Shown here: piece by piece, positions 46,649-56,532 of the stretch | How the letters are laid out: every line of letters starts with the position of its first letter | Position numbering within the stretch: the stretch's first letter is position 1 | Sequence record: MZ622713.1 | Strand: one strand, 5' to 3' | DNA: 64,000 nt | Notes under the pieces: model-generated | Databases searched by the model: none | Seen by the model: only the letters and a program-made list of their open reading frames with translations | Told to the model about the DNA's origin: nothing | Translations under genes and position numbers: made by a program

Positions 46649-47752
46649 TTATATACGTTTTTCTAACTCTTTGCGCATGGCTAAGAATCGTTTCTCTAAC
46701 AAAGGGCTACGGATTTGTTGAGTTACTAATTTCACGTCTTGACGCAACCAAAGCTGGACACGGTTCTTCAACACACCGTTACTCGTTTTAGTTAGACGGT
46801 TATAGTGAAATAAAACCGTGAGGAGTTTCATATACGAGAAATTCCAAACCCAACGAGATTTAAGGTACATCTCGTATTGCCCCGGGTTCTTCCAAACCAC
46901 CGGATTATCAATTGGGGTAGGAAGGGTGTCAAACACCTCCAAATCGTAAACCAGTGCGTCTAGATTACGTAATGGTTTCTTGGTGAGCAGTTCATCGTAC
47001 TTTTCGATAACACGCTCTAGGTGACGTTCTACGGAGTTAATGGCGTAAGTAGTTCTAGGGACACTAACGATGTCTTTGATCTCTTTGCCTGTAACAATGT
47101 GTTCGTACAAAACGTTCAGCACTGTTAAACGGTTACCTAACAGCTGAGCATTCAACAATGGGAACTTAGGTAACCACAGATGTGGTTTAGGGTCAAAACC
47201 ATAGGTAATAGCGTCCTTTAAATAGCGCCAATAAGCAACGGCCAAGGCGCTATAGTCAATACCTATGATAGCGAACTTACCATCTGGTGTGTTCTCTTGT
47301 TTATCCTTGACAGGGCGGAAATCTAATTCCGTTGAATCACTGAATACAGGAATGAAGGGACACAAGTCTTCGGTGTTCGTAGAGAGATAATCTGTAAAAG
47401 ATAACTGAGGTGGCAAAGATATTAGTAGCTCACGAAAGCCTTGCATATATAGTGCATTTTGGTGAAGTCGACCAGAGTCGTACACACCAACTGCTTTTGC
47501 TGCGCTTGCCCATCGTTCTCTTTTGAACTCGATGACATGTTCCAGTTCTTCGGCGTCCCACGTCGGGTCTATTTGCATAAACTCTACGAGTTGTACCAAT
47601 GGGTGTTCGTTTGGTAAACGGTAACTGGTACTCAGTACCCGTTCCTTAAATTGTTCTTGGTTGAACCAACACATGCGTATTAAGTTACTAACGTTAGTAT
47701 AACTATAGTCCGCATTACTCGTTGAGTTCAATTCAGTAAATAAAGTTTGCAT
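46649..47752 (-). CDS. Conserved phiKZ-like protein (between DNA polymerase and chimallin), possibly virion-associated
   Basis: 367-aa ORF; assigned by synteny only. Confidence 0.55.
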   Translation of the reverse strand: MQTLFTELNSTSNADYSYTNVSNLIRMCWFNQEQFKERVLSTSYRLPNEHPLVQLVEFMQIDPTWDAEELEHVIEFKRERWASAAKAVGVYDSGRLHQNALYMQGFRELLISLPPQLSFTDYLSTNTEDLCPFIPVFSDSTELDFRPVKDKQENTPDGKFAIIGIDYSALAVAYWRYLKDAITYGFDPKPHLWLPKFPLLNAQLLGNRLTVLNVLYEHIVTGKEIKDIVSVPRTTYAINSVERHLERVIEKYDELLTKKPLRNLDALVYDLEVFDTLPTPIDNPVVWKNPGQYEMYLKSRWVWNFSYMKLLTVLFHYNRLTKTSNGVLKNRVQLWLRQDVKLVTQQIRSPLLEKRFLAMRKELEKRI

Positions 47753-47864
47753 GAACTGAATACCTATTATATGTAAATAAAACTTTCTCCGACCTCACGG
47801 TTGGAGTGGATAGGACTGGTATCGAAATATTTAAGACATAAAATCGAGTGATTACCGACGTTCT

Positions 47865-47894
47865 AAATATTTTCAAACCTATATAACCTAGGTG
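47865..47894 (+). promoter_or_regulatory. Phage promoter upstream of chimallin
   Basis: AAATATTTTCAAACCTATATAACCTAGGTG, near-identical to 57307-57334 and sharing its core with 27661, 36139, 52906 and 63038. Confidence 0.65.
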
Positions 47895-47973
47895 TTAAGC
47901 AAGTGGTATTAATAAATGCCCCGGTGTTTAATAACGTTATTAAATATTGAAACTCAGTAACAAAGGATCAACC

Positions 47974-50043
47974 ATGATCTCAAATCGTAATGAATGGGAT
48001 AACGTAGAAGAAAATGATCAATCTTCTGCTAACCAACAATCGCAACAACCAACCAATACTAAACCTGCACAACAAGGAGCAGAAAAAATGTCTCAATCTA
48101 ATAAAAACCAATCTCTACTAGACTTCGCTAACGTTCTTGGTATGAACTCAATGATGGCTGGTGGTCGTAGCGTTCCTGTTGTGAACGAGATCGTTAAGAA
48201 ATTGAACGACTTCCGTGAAGAGAAAGACAAGTCTTCTATCAACCCTTCGCTACAGCAAATCATCCCGCAAGAAGTTATCTCTATGGATACTAACTTGTCT
48301 CCAGTTCTTCCGGGTATCATTCTGACTCGTCGCGTAGGTAGCACACTGATCATCGCACCAGTGTTGTTCTCTAACCGTGAAATCGCTATCCAGCTGGAAG
48401 AGATTCACACTAACGGCGCTATTGGTCAAAACGTTCCTAGCAAGGTTCAGATCAAACAAGCACCTAACCGTTACATGTCTAAAGAAGTGGTTCGTAACAT
48501 CATCGAATCAATGAAGCTTCGCCATGCTAACGACGGCGTGAACGACGTTCAACTTATCACATCTCGCGTGATCGACCTTGAGTCTTACCAGACTCCAGAG
48601 AACAAAGAGATTGGTATGGCTGATCTTCTATCTAACGTTATCCTAGAAGAGTGGGAACGTGGTATGAAGACTACACTAGCTAAAACTATGGTTAAAGCTG
48701 GTCTAGAACTTAAGACTCCGTTCATCGACGCTAAAGGTCAAGTTGACAAAAACGCATACGGTCCTACCAAATGTGCAACTGCACGTATCGAGTCTATCAA
48801 AACTCAATCTGGTACTCCTCTATGCATCGACGGCGTTCCATCTGGCGCTAACATGCTGGTTCAACTACAAACAGCACCAAAAGACGGTCAGCACTACAAC
48901 ACCGATGCAGCTCGTGGTATCGTGAATGCTTACTCTAACGTTCTTCTAGTTGGTGTTCCATTTGCAGTTTACACAGCGCAGCTACAAAACCGTCAAATCC
49001 AACCAGCGTTCAACCCAATGATGAATGCCGAAGGTATGTACCCACACGGTTACCACCCACTACAAGCAGTTGTAGTAATGGAAACTTCTCGTGCACAAGC
49101 ACAAATGGGTAACAACTCAGGTATCGCTTCTTGGTTGATGGCGCTATACGCGAACATGACTGTGAACCACAACCACCTATTCACTGAGCCTCTACGTATG
49201 GCTAAGATTGGTGCTCGTGGTAACCTAGCTAACATCGAGCGTCGTATCGATGACATGGTTGCAGGTGTTCTACCTAAACGTGATGAAAAACTGAAGATCA
49301 CAGAAGCTCGTCTAAAAGACATGGACTTCACTTCTTCTTGGATTCGTCGTAACATCGCTGAGCGTGCGTCTTACGCAGTTGACCTAGTTGAATTCGGTAA
49401 CGAAGCTGCACTACACAACTTCCTACTGAACCTAACTGGTAACGGTGACGCGGCAACTGAAAACAAACTTGTTATCGTTAAGATGATCGATGCTATCACC
49501 GGCGGTGAAGCGACTCGTCGTATTGCAGATAACAAACAATCTGGTAAAGGCTGGACTCCAGACAAACCAATCCTTTGCCCATCAGCAATCATCAACCCAG
49601 TTGGTACATTCAAACATAACGGTGAGCTTCACTCTCTACAAGAAGTAGACGAGATGTTCCTAAGCCGTCTATGTCCAACTGACACTACTCCAATGGTTCA
49701 GTACCTACAAGCTGTGTACGGTGACGGTGGTCAAACTCCAGAACCTGTACGTCGTTACAAAATGACTACCATGCTTCCTACACTGATCAACGATGATGTA
49801 AACATCACTGGTACTTCACGTCGTCATTACGTGGCACCAGCGTTTGCAGAGTTCCTAGGTCAATGTATGGATAAACTTGGTAACCTTAACGCTTCTGGTA
49901 CTATGGGTACGTTTGCTTCTAACGTTGCTATCTACGCTCCATCTGTTGAGTTCGCTGTAATGGCGGCAGCAGGTGCATCTGGTGCGTACATGGTTAACGG
50001 CCAAGGCATGGTAGGTAATAGCTCTGGTATTACTTACGCGTAA
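47974..50043 (+). CDS. chmA: Chimallin, phage nuclear shell protein
   Basis: 650-690 aa, strong high-expression codon bias, and the conserved position immediately upstream of the nvRNAP beta-prime gene. Two SD-backed starts (47974 and 48088). Confidence 0.82.
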   Translation: MISNRNEWDNVEENDQSSANQQSQQPTNTKPAQQGAEKMSQSNKNQSLLDFANVLGMNSMMAGGRSVPVVNEIVKKLNDFREEKDKSSINPSLQQIIPQEVISMDTNLSPVLPGIILTRRVGSTLIIAPVLFSNREIAIQLEEIHTNGAIGQNVPSKVQIKQAPNRYMSKEVVRNIIESMKLRHANDGVNDVQLITSRVIDLESYQTPENKEIGMADLLSNVILEEWERGMKTTLAKTMVKAGLELKTPFIDAKGQVDKNAYGPTKCATARIESIKTQSGTPLCIDGVPSGANMLVQLQTAPKDGQHYNTDAARGIVNAYSNVLLVGVPFAVYTAQLQNRQIQPAFNPMMNAEGMYPHGYHPLQAVVVMETSRAQAQMGNNSGIASWLMALYANMTVNHNHLFTEPLRMAKIGARGNLANIERRIDDMVAGVLPKRDEKLKITEARLKDMDFTSSWIRRNIAERASYAVDLVEFGNEAALHNFLLNLTGNGDAATENKLVIVKMIDAITGGEATRRIADNKQSGKGWTPDKPILCPSAIINPVGTFKHNGELHSLQEVDEMFLSRLCPTDTTPMVQYLQAVYGDGGQTPEPVRRYKMTTMLPTLINDDVNITGTSRRHYVAPAFAEFLGQCMDKLGNLNASGTMGTFASNVAIYAPSVEFAVMAAAGASGAYMVNGQGMVGNSSGITYA

Positions 50044-50064
50044 TCTACCTAAGTAGTGAGTTCT

Positions 50065-50098
50065 AAGGGTGAGGGGCTCCGGCTCCTCACTCCTTTAT
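50065..50098 (+). terminator. Intrinsic terminator after chimallin
   Basis: GGGTGAGGGGC/GCTCCTCACTC stem followed by CTTTAT. Confidence 0.7.
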
Positions 50099-50138
50099 AT
50101 CGTTTTTTAATTTTTTATCAAAATAAGGAGTTTCTGTA

Positions 50139-51740
50139 ATGTCATCCCCTGAACGAGATGTTGCAGTAGAGGTACTGGCTGGTGAGTCGTTTGATGACCT
50201 TCTGCCTATTAAGCAGTTTGAGCGTTATCAAGAGGAATTGGGAGAAAAACTCTTCGACGATCAAAGCTACTACGCTCCGCTATATCCGGATTTCCGAGAT
50301 TTCAATTTTGCACATGATACTTCGAAATCCCAACCTATCTATCTAAATGACTTCGACTTCTGTTTAGAAGAAGATCGTGACCGTTTAGAGAAACTCATCC
50401 GTATGGATTTTGATGCGGATACTTTTGAAACCATCGCTAGTTGTGGATGCGATAAGCCACTAAAAGGCAACCACTTAATCGGTTCAGGACGAGTGTGTAA
50501 AAACTGTGGGAACCAAGTAGAACGTTTAGTGGATACTGAACTGTCTACCAAAGTTTGGTTACGTCTACCTACAGGTGTGCACTCATTTATTAACCCGGCG
50601 TTCTACAAAACCTTTTTGCAGAAGATCGCTACGGCGTCACCTAAAATCGAGATCATCACTTACATCATCGACCCGGGATACCGTCGCAAGATCAACGCCA
50701 ATAGCTCTGAAAAGCTTCGTGAACTACAATCCCATCTTAAGCGACTAATCACCCGATTAGATCTTAATGAGTTTGTATTGCACGCTGATACCATTATGGA
50801 CCACTTCCTATTAGGGGATGGTCGAACTTTAACGGCTTTGAAGAATGCTGATGCCAAAGAGATCATGTTAGGTTACATGGACTTCAAAGACACGGTGTTC
50901 ACAAAGTACTTACCAGTTCCGAATAAACTTTCTACGGTTATCGAGAAATCTGGTAAAGAACGTTATGCGTCAAGTAGCCAACTAAAAATGGATTCGACTT
51001 ACATGTCCATCGCAGACACTAAAGACAACACAGAGTTGTACCAAGTGAATGAGTTCGATGTTCATGAATCTGTTAACCGAGTTGGTAAAGGTATCGTAGC
51101 CCTCGCCGCACAAAACTCACAGCACTTGAAGGACTTTATGTTCCCTAAACCCGGTGCTGCACGTAAGTTGGTGGCGTCTGGGTCTCTGCCTATGACAGGT
51201 CGTTCGGTAATCACTTCTCGAACGGGTATCCACAACCCGGGTATGATTGAAATACCTTGGATTATGGCATTGTCCCAATTAGAGAAACAAATCCTATCTC
51301 ATCTGTATCGCAAAGGTTATTCACCAACAGCAGCTTTAACCAAGATCTCTAAAGCAGCTCATTACCTTGATCCAGACATCGATGCTTTCTTCCGTTATCA
51401 TGAAGAACGTAACGATATCGTGTGTAAAGCCGGTCGTATGCCGTCGATTCAATACTTGTCTCGCCGAGCCTTCTTTGCACGCGTTAAACGAGATCTGGGT
51501 GACCAATCTATTGGCTTACCGATACTTTCCGTGTCTAACTACAACGCTGACTTTGATGGAGACCAGATGACAGTATTCTTCTTGCCTGACCTAAGATCTA
51601 AGGCACTAAGTTACGGGGCATTCGGACATCAATCAGTGTTTGACGAAAACAAACCGTTCTCAATCAGTCGACATTATAAACAACCGTCGACCAACTTGAT
51701 GAACATCAATAACGTAATGCGTAAACTGGAGTTCAAATAA
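50139..51740 (+). CDS. Non-virion RNA polymerase beta-prime subunit, N-terminal part (phiKZ gp55-like)
   Basis: Zn-binding CGC...CKNCG, TGRSVIT and catalytic YNADFDGDQM motifs; uninterrupted. Confidence 0.92.
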   Translation: MSSPERDVAVEVLAGESFDDLLPIKQFERYQEELGEKLFDDQSYYAPLYPDFRDFNFAHDTSKSQPIYLNDFDFCLEEDRDRLEKLIRMDFDADTFETIASCGCDKPLKGNHLIGSGRVCKNCGNQVERLVDTELSTKVWLRLPTGVHSFINPAFYKTFLQKIATASPKIEIITYIIDPGYRRKINANSSEKLRELQSHLKRLITRLDLNEFVLHADTIMDHFLLGDGRTLTALKNADAKEIMLGYMDFKDTVFTKYLPVPNKLSTVIEKSGKERYASSSQLKMDSTYMSIADTKDNTELYQVNEFDVHESVNRVGKGIVALAAQNSQHLKDFMFPKPGAARKLVASGSLPMTGRSVITSRTGIHNPGMIEIPWIMALSQLEKQILSHLYRKGYSPTAALTKISKAAHYLDPDIDAFFRYHEERNDIVCKAGRMPSIQYLSRRAFFARVKRDLGDQSIGLPILSVSNYNADFDGDQMTVFFLPDLRSKALSYGAFGHQSVFDENKPFSISRHYKQPSTNLMNINNVMRKLEFK

Positions 51741-52390
51741 TGAATACATGTCAAGCTTTCTCTATAGGTACATCAGGGATCGTGCATGACAATCAGATGC
51801 AGTCTTATTCGAACATGATTCAAATGAACTATGAACAAATCCAAAACGTTGGAGGTTGGTTGGGCGAAGGTGCAACTAACTTCATGGATTCGTTCAAGAA
51901 CTTCGTTAACTCTCGAGCGTGGGACTTGGCTAGCCGCATTCGCGGTAACTCCGAGAGCAACTACATCGGTTATTACGATATCGGTGTTGCTACTTCTGTT
52001 GAGATGTTACAAGCTTCACAAGGGTTCATGCGAGATTACATCATGGCTATGCCGGGTGTGATGGAGTTGTATCAAGAAGGGGATATCAGCGGCTGGGAAG
52101 GACAGTTTAGTGACTGGTGTTCTGGTACGGGCGAAGACAACATTTATTATCGTCGACAAATGCACGGTCTTCTTCAGTTAGAAGAAGTCGAAGATAAGAA
52201 TGTAGCGTTTACCAAACACTATTACGATTCTGTTGCTGGCACCGGTCTGAGTGTGCGTGAGCGTTATGATTTAGCGTTAACCCGCACCGCAGTAAACCAC
52301 CATCTTGCTGGGAATCTGTTTGATATCACTAATGCCGATGGTGAACTACGTAAATCGGCACAGGAAAAAGAAGCGGAAGGCGGGGAGTAA
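51740..52390 (+). CDS. Conserved phiKZ-like hypothetical protein
   Basis: 216 aa, 1-nt overlap with the nvRNAP gene; core-block synteny. Confidence 0.65.
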   Translation: MNTCQAFSIGTSGIVHDNQMQSYSNMIQMNYEQIQNVGGWLGEGATNFMDSFKNFVNSRAWDLASRIRGNSESNYIGYYDIGVATSVEMLQASQGFMRDYIMAMPGVMELYQEGDISGWEGQFSDWCSGTGEDNIYYRRQMHGLLQLEEVEDKNVAFTKHYYDSVAGTGLSVRERYDLALTRTAVNHHLAGNLFDITNADGELRKSAQEKEAEGGE

Positions 52391-52403
52391 TCCCCCCTTT
52401 TTT
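52378..52403 (+). terminator. Short GNRA-loop terminator
   Basis: GGGGA-GTAA-TCCCC followed by a T6 run. Confidence 0.55.
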
Positions 52404-52412
52404 AGGAGTGTT

Positions 52413-52886
52413 ATGAGTTCTGTTAATATTGTTAATCGCCGCAGAATGGTTATCTTTACGAAAGATAATCTGGATTTGTGTGTAACCAAGTTACTCCGTA
52501 GCCTAAAGAAGCGTCCGGAAAAGAAACGTTTCTTATTAGCTGAATACGGAGAACCACTGGATGATCGCATTAATCCCAAGCATGCTGTATTTAAACTAAC
52601 CAACTTTGATTATGATAAAGAGGGCAATCTGACAGCATTGGTTTACCCAGCTGATAAAGAGTCACCAAACATAACCTTAGGCGGTTGTACTAAACGTTTA
52701 AGCTTAGGTCAAGTATTACTGAGTTCTACTAAACCAACTTTTAAGTTTTGTTACAAGAAAATCAAGCGTAAGGTATTGAAGGATGAACAGCCAGTGTTCG
52801 ACGAACAAGGGAGACAACAATACTTCCTTAACTGCTGTTTATTTGCCGAACCATTAGAGAGTCCAATTTTATCAGGTAAGAATTGA
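52413..52886 (+). CDS. Hypothetical basic protein (start ATG 52413)
   Basis: RBS TAGGAG before 52413; the ORF track extends it to 52305. Confidence 0.6.
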   Translation: MSSVNIVNRRRMVIFTKDNLDLCVTKLLRSLKKRPEKKRFLLAEYGEPLDDRINPKHAVFKLTNFDYDKEGNLTALVYPADKESPNITLGGCTKRLSLGQVLLSSTKPTFKFCYKKIKRKVLKDEQPVFDEQGRQQYFLNCCLFAEPLESPILSGKN

Positions 52887-52905
52887 CATACAGTCTTTTA
52901 CAGGT

Positions 52906-52921
52906 CTATATAGTCTAGGTG
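52906..52921 (+). promoter_or_regulatory. Phage promoter motif CTATATAGTCTAGGTG
   Basis: Matches the motif upstream of chimallin in 14 of 16 positions. Confidence 0.55.
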
Positions 52922-52958
52922 TAAAATGAATTAATAATTTATATCCGGAGACATTCCC

Positions 52959-53087
52959 ATGAAAGATTACGTAAACATTCAACCTAAAAACACTGAAAGC
53001 AAAACTCCTTGGTACCGTTCTAACGGCGCGTTTACTTTACTGATGGTAGTCAGTGCGCTAGTTAGTTACAACTTCGGTAACTGGTAA
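52959..53087 (+). CDS. 42-aa small membrane protein (missed by the ORF track)
   Basis: RBS GGAG. MKDYVNIQPKNTESKTPWYRSNGAFTLLMVVSALVSYNFGNW has a hydrophobic C-terminal segment and is flanked by a promoter motif and a UUCG terminator. Confidence 0.7.
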   Translation: MKDYVNIQPKNTESKTPWYRSNGAFTLLMVVSALVSYNFGNW

Positions 53088-53093
53088 TTATTC

Positions 53094-53117
53094 TCCTCCT
53101 ACCTTCGGGTAGGAGGA
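53094..53117 (+). terminator. UUCG hairpin terminator
   Basis: TCCTCCTACC-TTCG-GGTAGGAGGA. Confidence 0.7.
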
Positions 53118-53150
53118 ATCCACCTCTCTTTATTTTTTTTTAGGTTTAAT

Positions 53151-53573
53151 ATGGCAAAAGATTACATAGTCGGAACTATGTCCACTTTAGGGCATATCAC
53201 AGACGCTCCAGAAATTGCAATGGATCGACATATCGCTTATTGGTTTGCAGCACGCCGTAGCCAAGGCATGACGATTCTTAAAACCAGTTCTTTTGAATGG
53301 GTGCTCAAAGAAGCACAAGGTAACCAGCAACGTGTGGCTGACGATGTACAGTCCGCCCTGAAGACCTACTTTGAAGAACTCTTTGAACGAGTGGAAGTAC
53401 AGACTTCTACCGAAGGTTTTGAAAATGACCGTGACGGTCGTTTCCATCTTTATGTACAAGTTTCTGTGACACACAAAGGTCAATGGTACGATCTAGGTAC
53501 TGCCGTAACTGTGTCAGGTGAAACATTCGAACTTATCAACCAAGGACGCACCAATGCAAGAGCAAGAACTTAA
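53151..53573 (+). CDS. Conserved phiKZ-like hypothetical protein (140 aa)
   Basis: Clean ORF in the core block. Confidence 0.65.
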   Translation: MAKDYIVGTMSTLGHITDAPEIAMDRHIAYWFAARRSQGMTILKTSSFEWVLKEAQGNQQRVADDVQSALKTYFEELFERVEVQTSTEGFENDRDGRFHLYVQVSVTHKGQWYDLGTAVTVSGETFELINQGRTNARART

Positions 53574-54519
53574 TCAAGAAACTGATTCTGTAGAAATGGG
53601 TGAAGAGACCACAGAAGTGGTTAAAGAAACGACTGTTGAACAAACAGTTGAAGATGAAGATCAAGACGAAGAACTGACGGAAGAAGATCTGGTTGAGATC
53701 GCCAACAATGAAGATTACCGTTACATCGATCGTGTTGAAGTAAGTGACGAGAAACACAAAGCTCGTCTAAAAGAAGACTTCGGTTGGATTGGTGATCTTA
53801 AGTTAGAGAAGATCGACGGCCAATACTCACTTCGTGACCCAGATGGTTCTTACATTATCTCTGACACACGTATTCGTGAAAGTGTATTCGTAAACCGCTG
53901 GTTAGACCAATTCGCTCTAGGTTACGTGGGTAAGACTAATTACTTCGATGCTACTAGCTGGGGTAAAATCACTCATGGTCACCAACGTGGTGTAATCGTT
54001 ACCGATGATCAAGATAACCCTATCTTCGTCATCCCACCGTTATCTCGTGCTCAGTTCACAGCTGAAGAACAATTCGTGCTAGACTTAGCTCATAAGTCCT
54101 ACACTAACGCTTCATCTGCCGAACAAACAGGTGATTCATTCCGTGCGCAAGAGATCATCACTAATACCTCTAAGCTTATCAAAGAACACATTTCGGACAA
54201 CACAGTGACCATCACTGATCTTGTTCCAGCGTGGTTCTATGAGAAGTACGATGTAGTGCCTTACGTGAAACGTTCCATGATCTACTGTCGTGATATCTAC
54301 GGCCTTAACCCTGCTATTGGGGTTGACTGGAAGATGGCACAATCTATCTTTGAAGATATCCACAACAAGCGTAAGTTGTCTGAACATCAATTGACGTTCA
54401 TGAGTATCCTGACTGATAACGAGTTCGTGGTTCCTGACTATGAACCAGTGGAAGATTCAGGTAAACCTCTACTGGAAGGTCCATCTAACAGCGAGGAATT
54501 AAACCCTTTTGAAAACTAA
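53554..54519 (+). CDS. Conserved phiKZ-like hypothetical protein with acidic N-terminus (start ATG 53554)
   Basis: RBS AAGGA before 53554; E/D-rich first 50 aa. Confidence 0.65.
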   Translation: MQEQELNQETDSVEMGEETTEVVKETTVEQTVEDEDQDEELTEEDLVEIANNEDYRYIDRVEVSDEKHKARLKEDFGWIGDLKLEKIDGQYSLRDPDGSYIISDTRIRESVFVNRWLDQFALGYVGKTNYFDATSWGKITHGHQRGVIVTDDQDNPIFVIPPLSRAQFTAEEQFVLDLAHKSYTNASSAEQTGDSFRAQEIITNTSKLIKEHISDNTVTITDLVPAWFYEKYDVVPYVKRSMIYCRDIYGLNPAIGVDWKMAQSIFEDIHNKRKLSEHQLTFMSILTDNEFVVPDYEPVEDSGKPLLEGPSNSEELNPFEN

Positions 54520-54540
54520 TCAGATGGACTAATAACAAAA

Positions 54541-55665
54541 ATGAAAAACAACCACCTTTTCGGGTTATGGTTCAGTGACCAACACACTCTCCATAGCAAG
54601 ACACCGACCTCACATGTGTTGCGTAACTCGTCTCAGTTTTTGAGACGTAGTCATAATTTAGAAGAAGTGGATATCGTTGTATTCGGCGGGGACTTCTATG
54701 ACCGCTTGGTCGACGCGTCTCACCCAGACATGCGTTTAACTCAACACTGGATTCGTGAGTTTTTATTGGATTGTTTGAAGCACAACGTGATTGTGAGGGT
54801 GCTTGAAGGTACATCTTCACACGACCGTGAACAACCAGAGAACTTCATCGTTCAGTGTCCTGAGGGATTAAACCTTAAATGGGTGAAAGAACTCTCCTAC
54901 GAATACATCGAAGAATTAGGAATAGACGTCGTCTACGTCCCAGATAACATGGGAGACTTGTCCCCTGACCTTATCTGGGATAAAACCCTAGAGATTCTTA
55001 GTGCCAATGGGAAGCAACAAGTAGACTATGTCTTTTTCCACGGTGCATTTGAATATCAAATTCCTCTTAAGTTTAGTAAGCATTCTCACTCTGAAGTCCG
55101 CTGGCAGTCTATCGTAAGGCGTCATCTGTTTGCAGGGCATGTTCACAAACCATCGGAGTACGGAAAGATTCGCGTAAGTGGTTCTTTTGACCGTACTGCG
55201 CATGGCGAGGAACACGCCAAAGGTGGTTACGAGTTCTGGTGGGACCCAAATAGTGATGAATGTGGAACTAAGTTTTGGGAGAATAAAAACGCCCTACCTT
55301 ACTTGCGTGTGTTACAACACCCAGACGACACTAATGACCAATTGTTAGATAAAGTCAATCGGGTGATTAAGTTGAAGAATCCAATGCCTAAAAGCCGGAT
55401 TCAAATACGTGGTAAGAATGGGGCGTTAATCAAGGGTGTGGTAGAATACCTTAAAGGTACATATGTAGACTACTTCTTTGATATCGATACCTCCAGTCAA
55501 ATGGAGAAAATGATTTCTTCAGACACGGTGAACGATCTTACTTACGAGGGTGTGTCTTTAACTAAGGACAACTTCTCTGAACATCTCCGTCAGTACATGA
55601 TGGAGGAAATGATAGATCAAAACCGTATGAATGGAGCTTTGGAATTATTGGAGGAATTCTTATGA
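54541..55665 (+). CDS. SbcD/Mre11-like metallophosphoesterase nuclease
   Basis: SDQH, GGDFYD, LEGTSSHD, FHG and GHVH metallophosphoesterase motifs. Confidence 0.85.
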   Translation: MKNNHLFGLWFSDQHTLHSKTPTSHVLRNSSQFLRRSHNLEEVDIVVFGGDFYDRLVDASHPDMRLTQHWIREFLLDCLKHNVIVRVLEGTSSHDREQPENFIVQCPEGLNLKWVKELSYEYIEELGIDVVYVPDNMGDLSPDLIWDKTLEILSANGKQQVDYVFFHGAFEYQIPLKFSKHSHSEVRWQSIVRRHLFAGHVHKPSEYGKIRVSGSFDRTAHGEEHAKGGYEFWWDPNSDECGTKFWENKNALPYLRVLQHPDDTNDQLLDKVNRVIKLKNPMPKSRIQIRGKNGALIKGVVEYLKGTYVDYFFDIDTSSQMEKMISSDTVNDLTYEGVSLTKDNFSEHLRQYMMEEMIDQNRMNGALELLEEFL

Positions 55666-56459
55666 GAGAACTAGGTGCTGAACTCCCTATGTCTTTTGGG
55701 ACCGCAATGGCCTTTGAGGGTGAGGAAGGCAAACACGCTATTCCTTTGACCGACTCTTTCTTAATTAACTTACGCACCTTGATACGTAACGTACACGGTG
55801 CGTTCTCAAAAGACGATCCACAGTTAACTGACGTCACTGCTTTAAAGGCGGCGTTGTTGGAAGACATTAAAGAGATTGCGAAGGCCATCACTACTATAGC
55901 TCCACGTACCACGATGTCCATCGAAATCTATTACCCTTCGTACAAATCTTTAGCCAGTAAATTTCCCCACGCTAGTATTTGGAAACCTCGTACCGAGAAA
56001 CAAATCGCGTTGAATAAATTGTACGACGATGTTGCCGCGGCTTTTATTAAAGATCACGGTGAACTGGTAACTAAGACGGACTGCGGGCTACCGTCTTTTA
56101 AGGGTAAAGGTTTGGTGATTACTCATCATCCTGTTGACCTTGCTTTAACGGACTCTTGGGGACGTTTGACGTTATTAGAAACTCACTCTGGCGTAGTGAA
56201 ACCATACTTGCTATGGAACTCCAAGCTGACGGGTGGGGAAGCTCCTAACTACAACATCCCCTTAAACCGAATGACCATCCAAGTGTTCGGTGACAAGTCT
56301 GTGAACTTCTTAGGACAAAGTAATGGTATTAAGAAGTTAGTCCGTGACCTAGCGGTTAAAGCAGGGTGGACATCAGCTACGACACCTCAACGATGCCGTA
56401 GTTCTATTAATACGTATTTACAGGGTGTGGACAAAAAAGGACTGTTATTGTTCTGGTAA
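55662..56459 (+). CDS. Conserved phiKZ-like protein (265 aa), function unknown
   Basis: ATGA overlap with the nuclease; core-block synteny. Confidence 0.6.
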   Translation: MRELGAELPMSFGTAMAFEGEEGKHAIPLTDSFLINLRTLIRNVHGAFSKDDPQLTDVTALKAALLEDIKEIAKAITTIAPRTTMSIEIYYPSYKSLASKFPHASIWKPRTEKQIALNKLYDDVAAAFIKDHGELVTKTDCGLPSFKGKGLVITHHPVDLALTDSWGRLTLLETHSGVVKPYLLWNSKLTGGEAPNYNIPLNRMTIQVFGDKSVNFLGQSNGIKKLVRDLAVKAGWTSATTPQRCRSSINTYLQGVDKKGLLLFW

Positions 56460-56532
56460 GTCTTAACCCCGGTGTACTTTTATTAGTACAAAACACTTTT
56501 TCAACTAATTCAAAATTTAAGGCACTACTCTT

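Noticed and set aside
47947-47973. Chimallin TTG start at 47947
   Set aside because: It has no SD, whereas the ATGs at 47974 and 48088 do.
55662-56459. RNase H / 5'-3' exonuclease call
   Set aside because: The INLRTLIRN segment is only vaguely PIN/FEN-like and lacks the expected acidic catalytic residues, so it was left as unknown.
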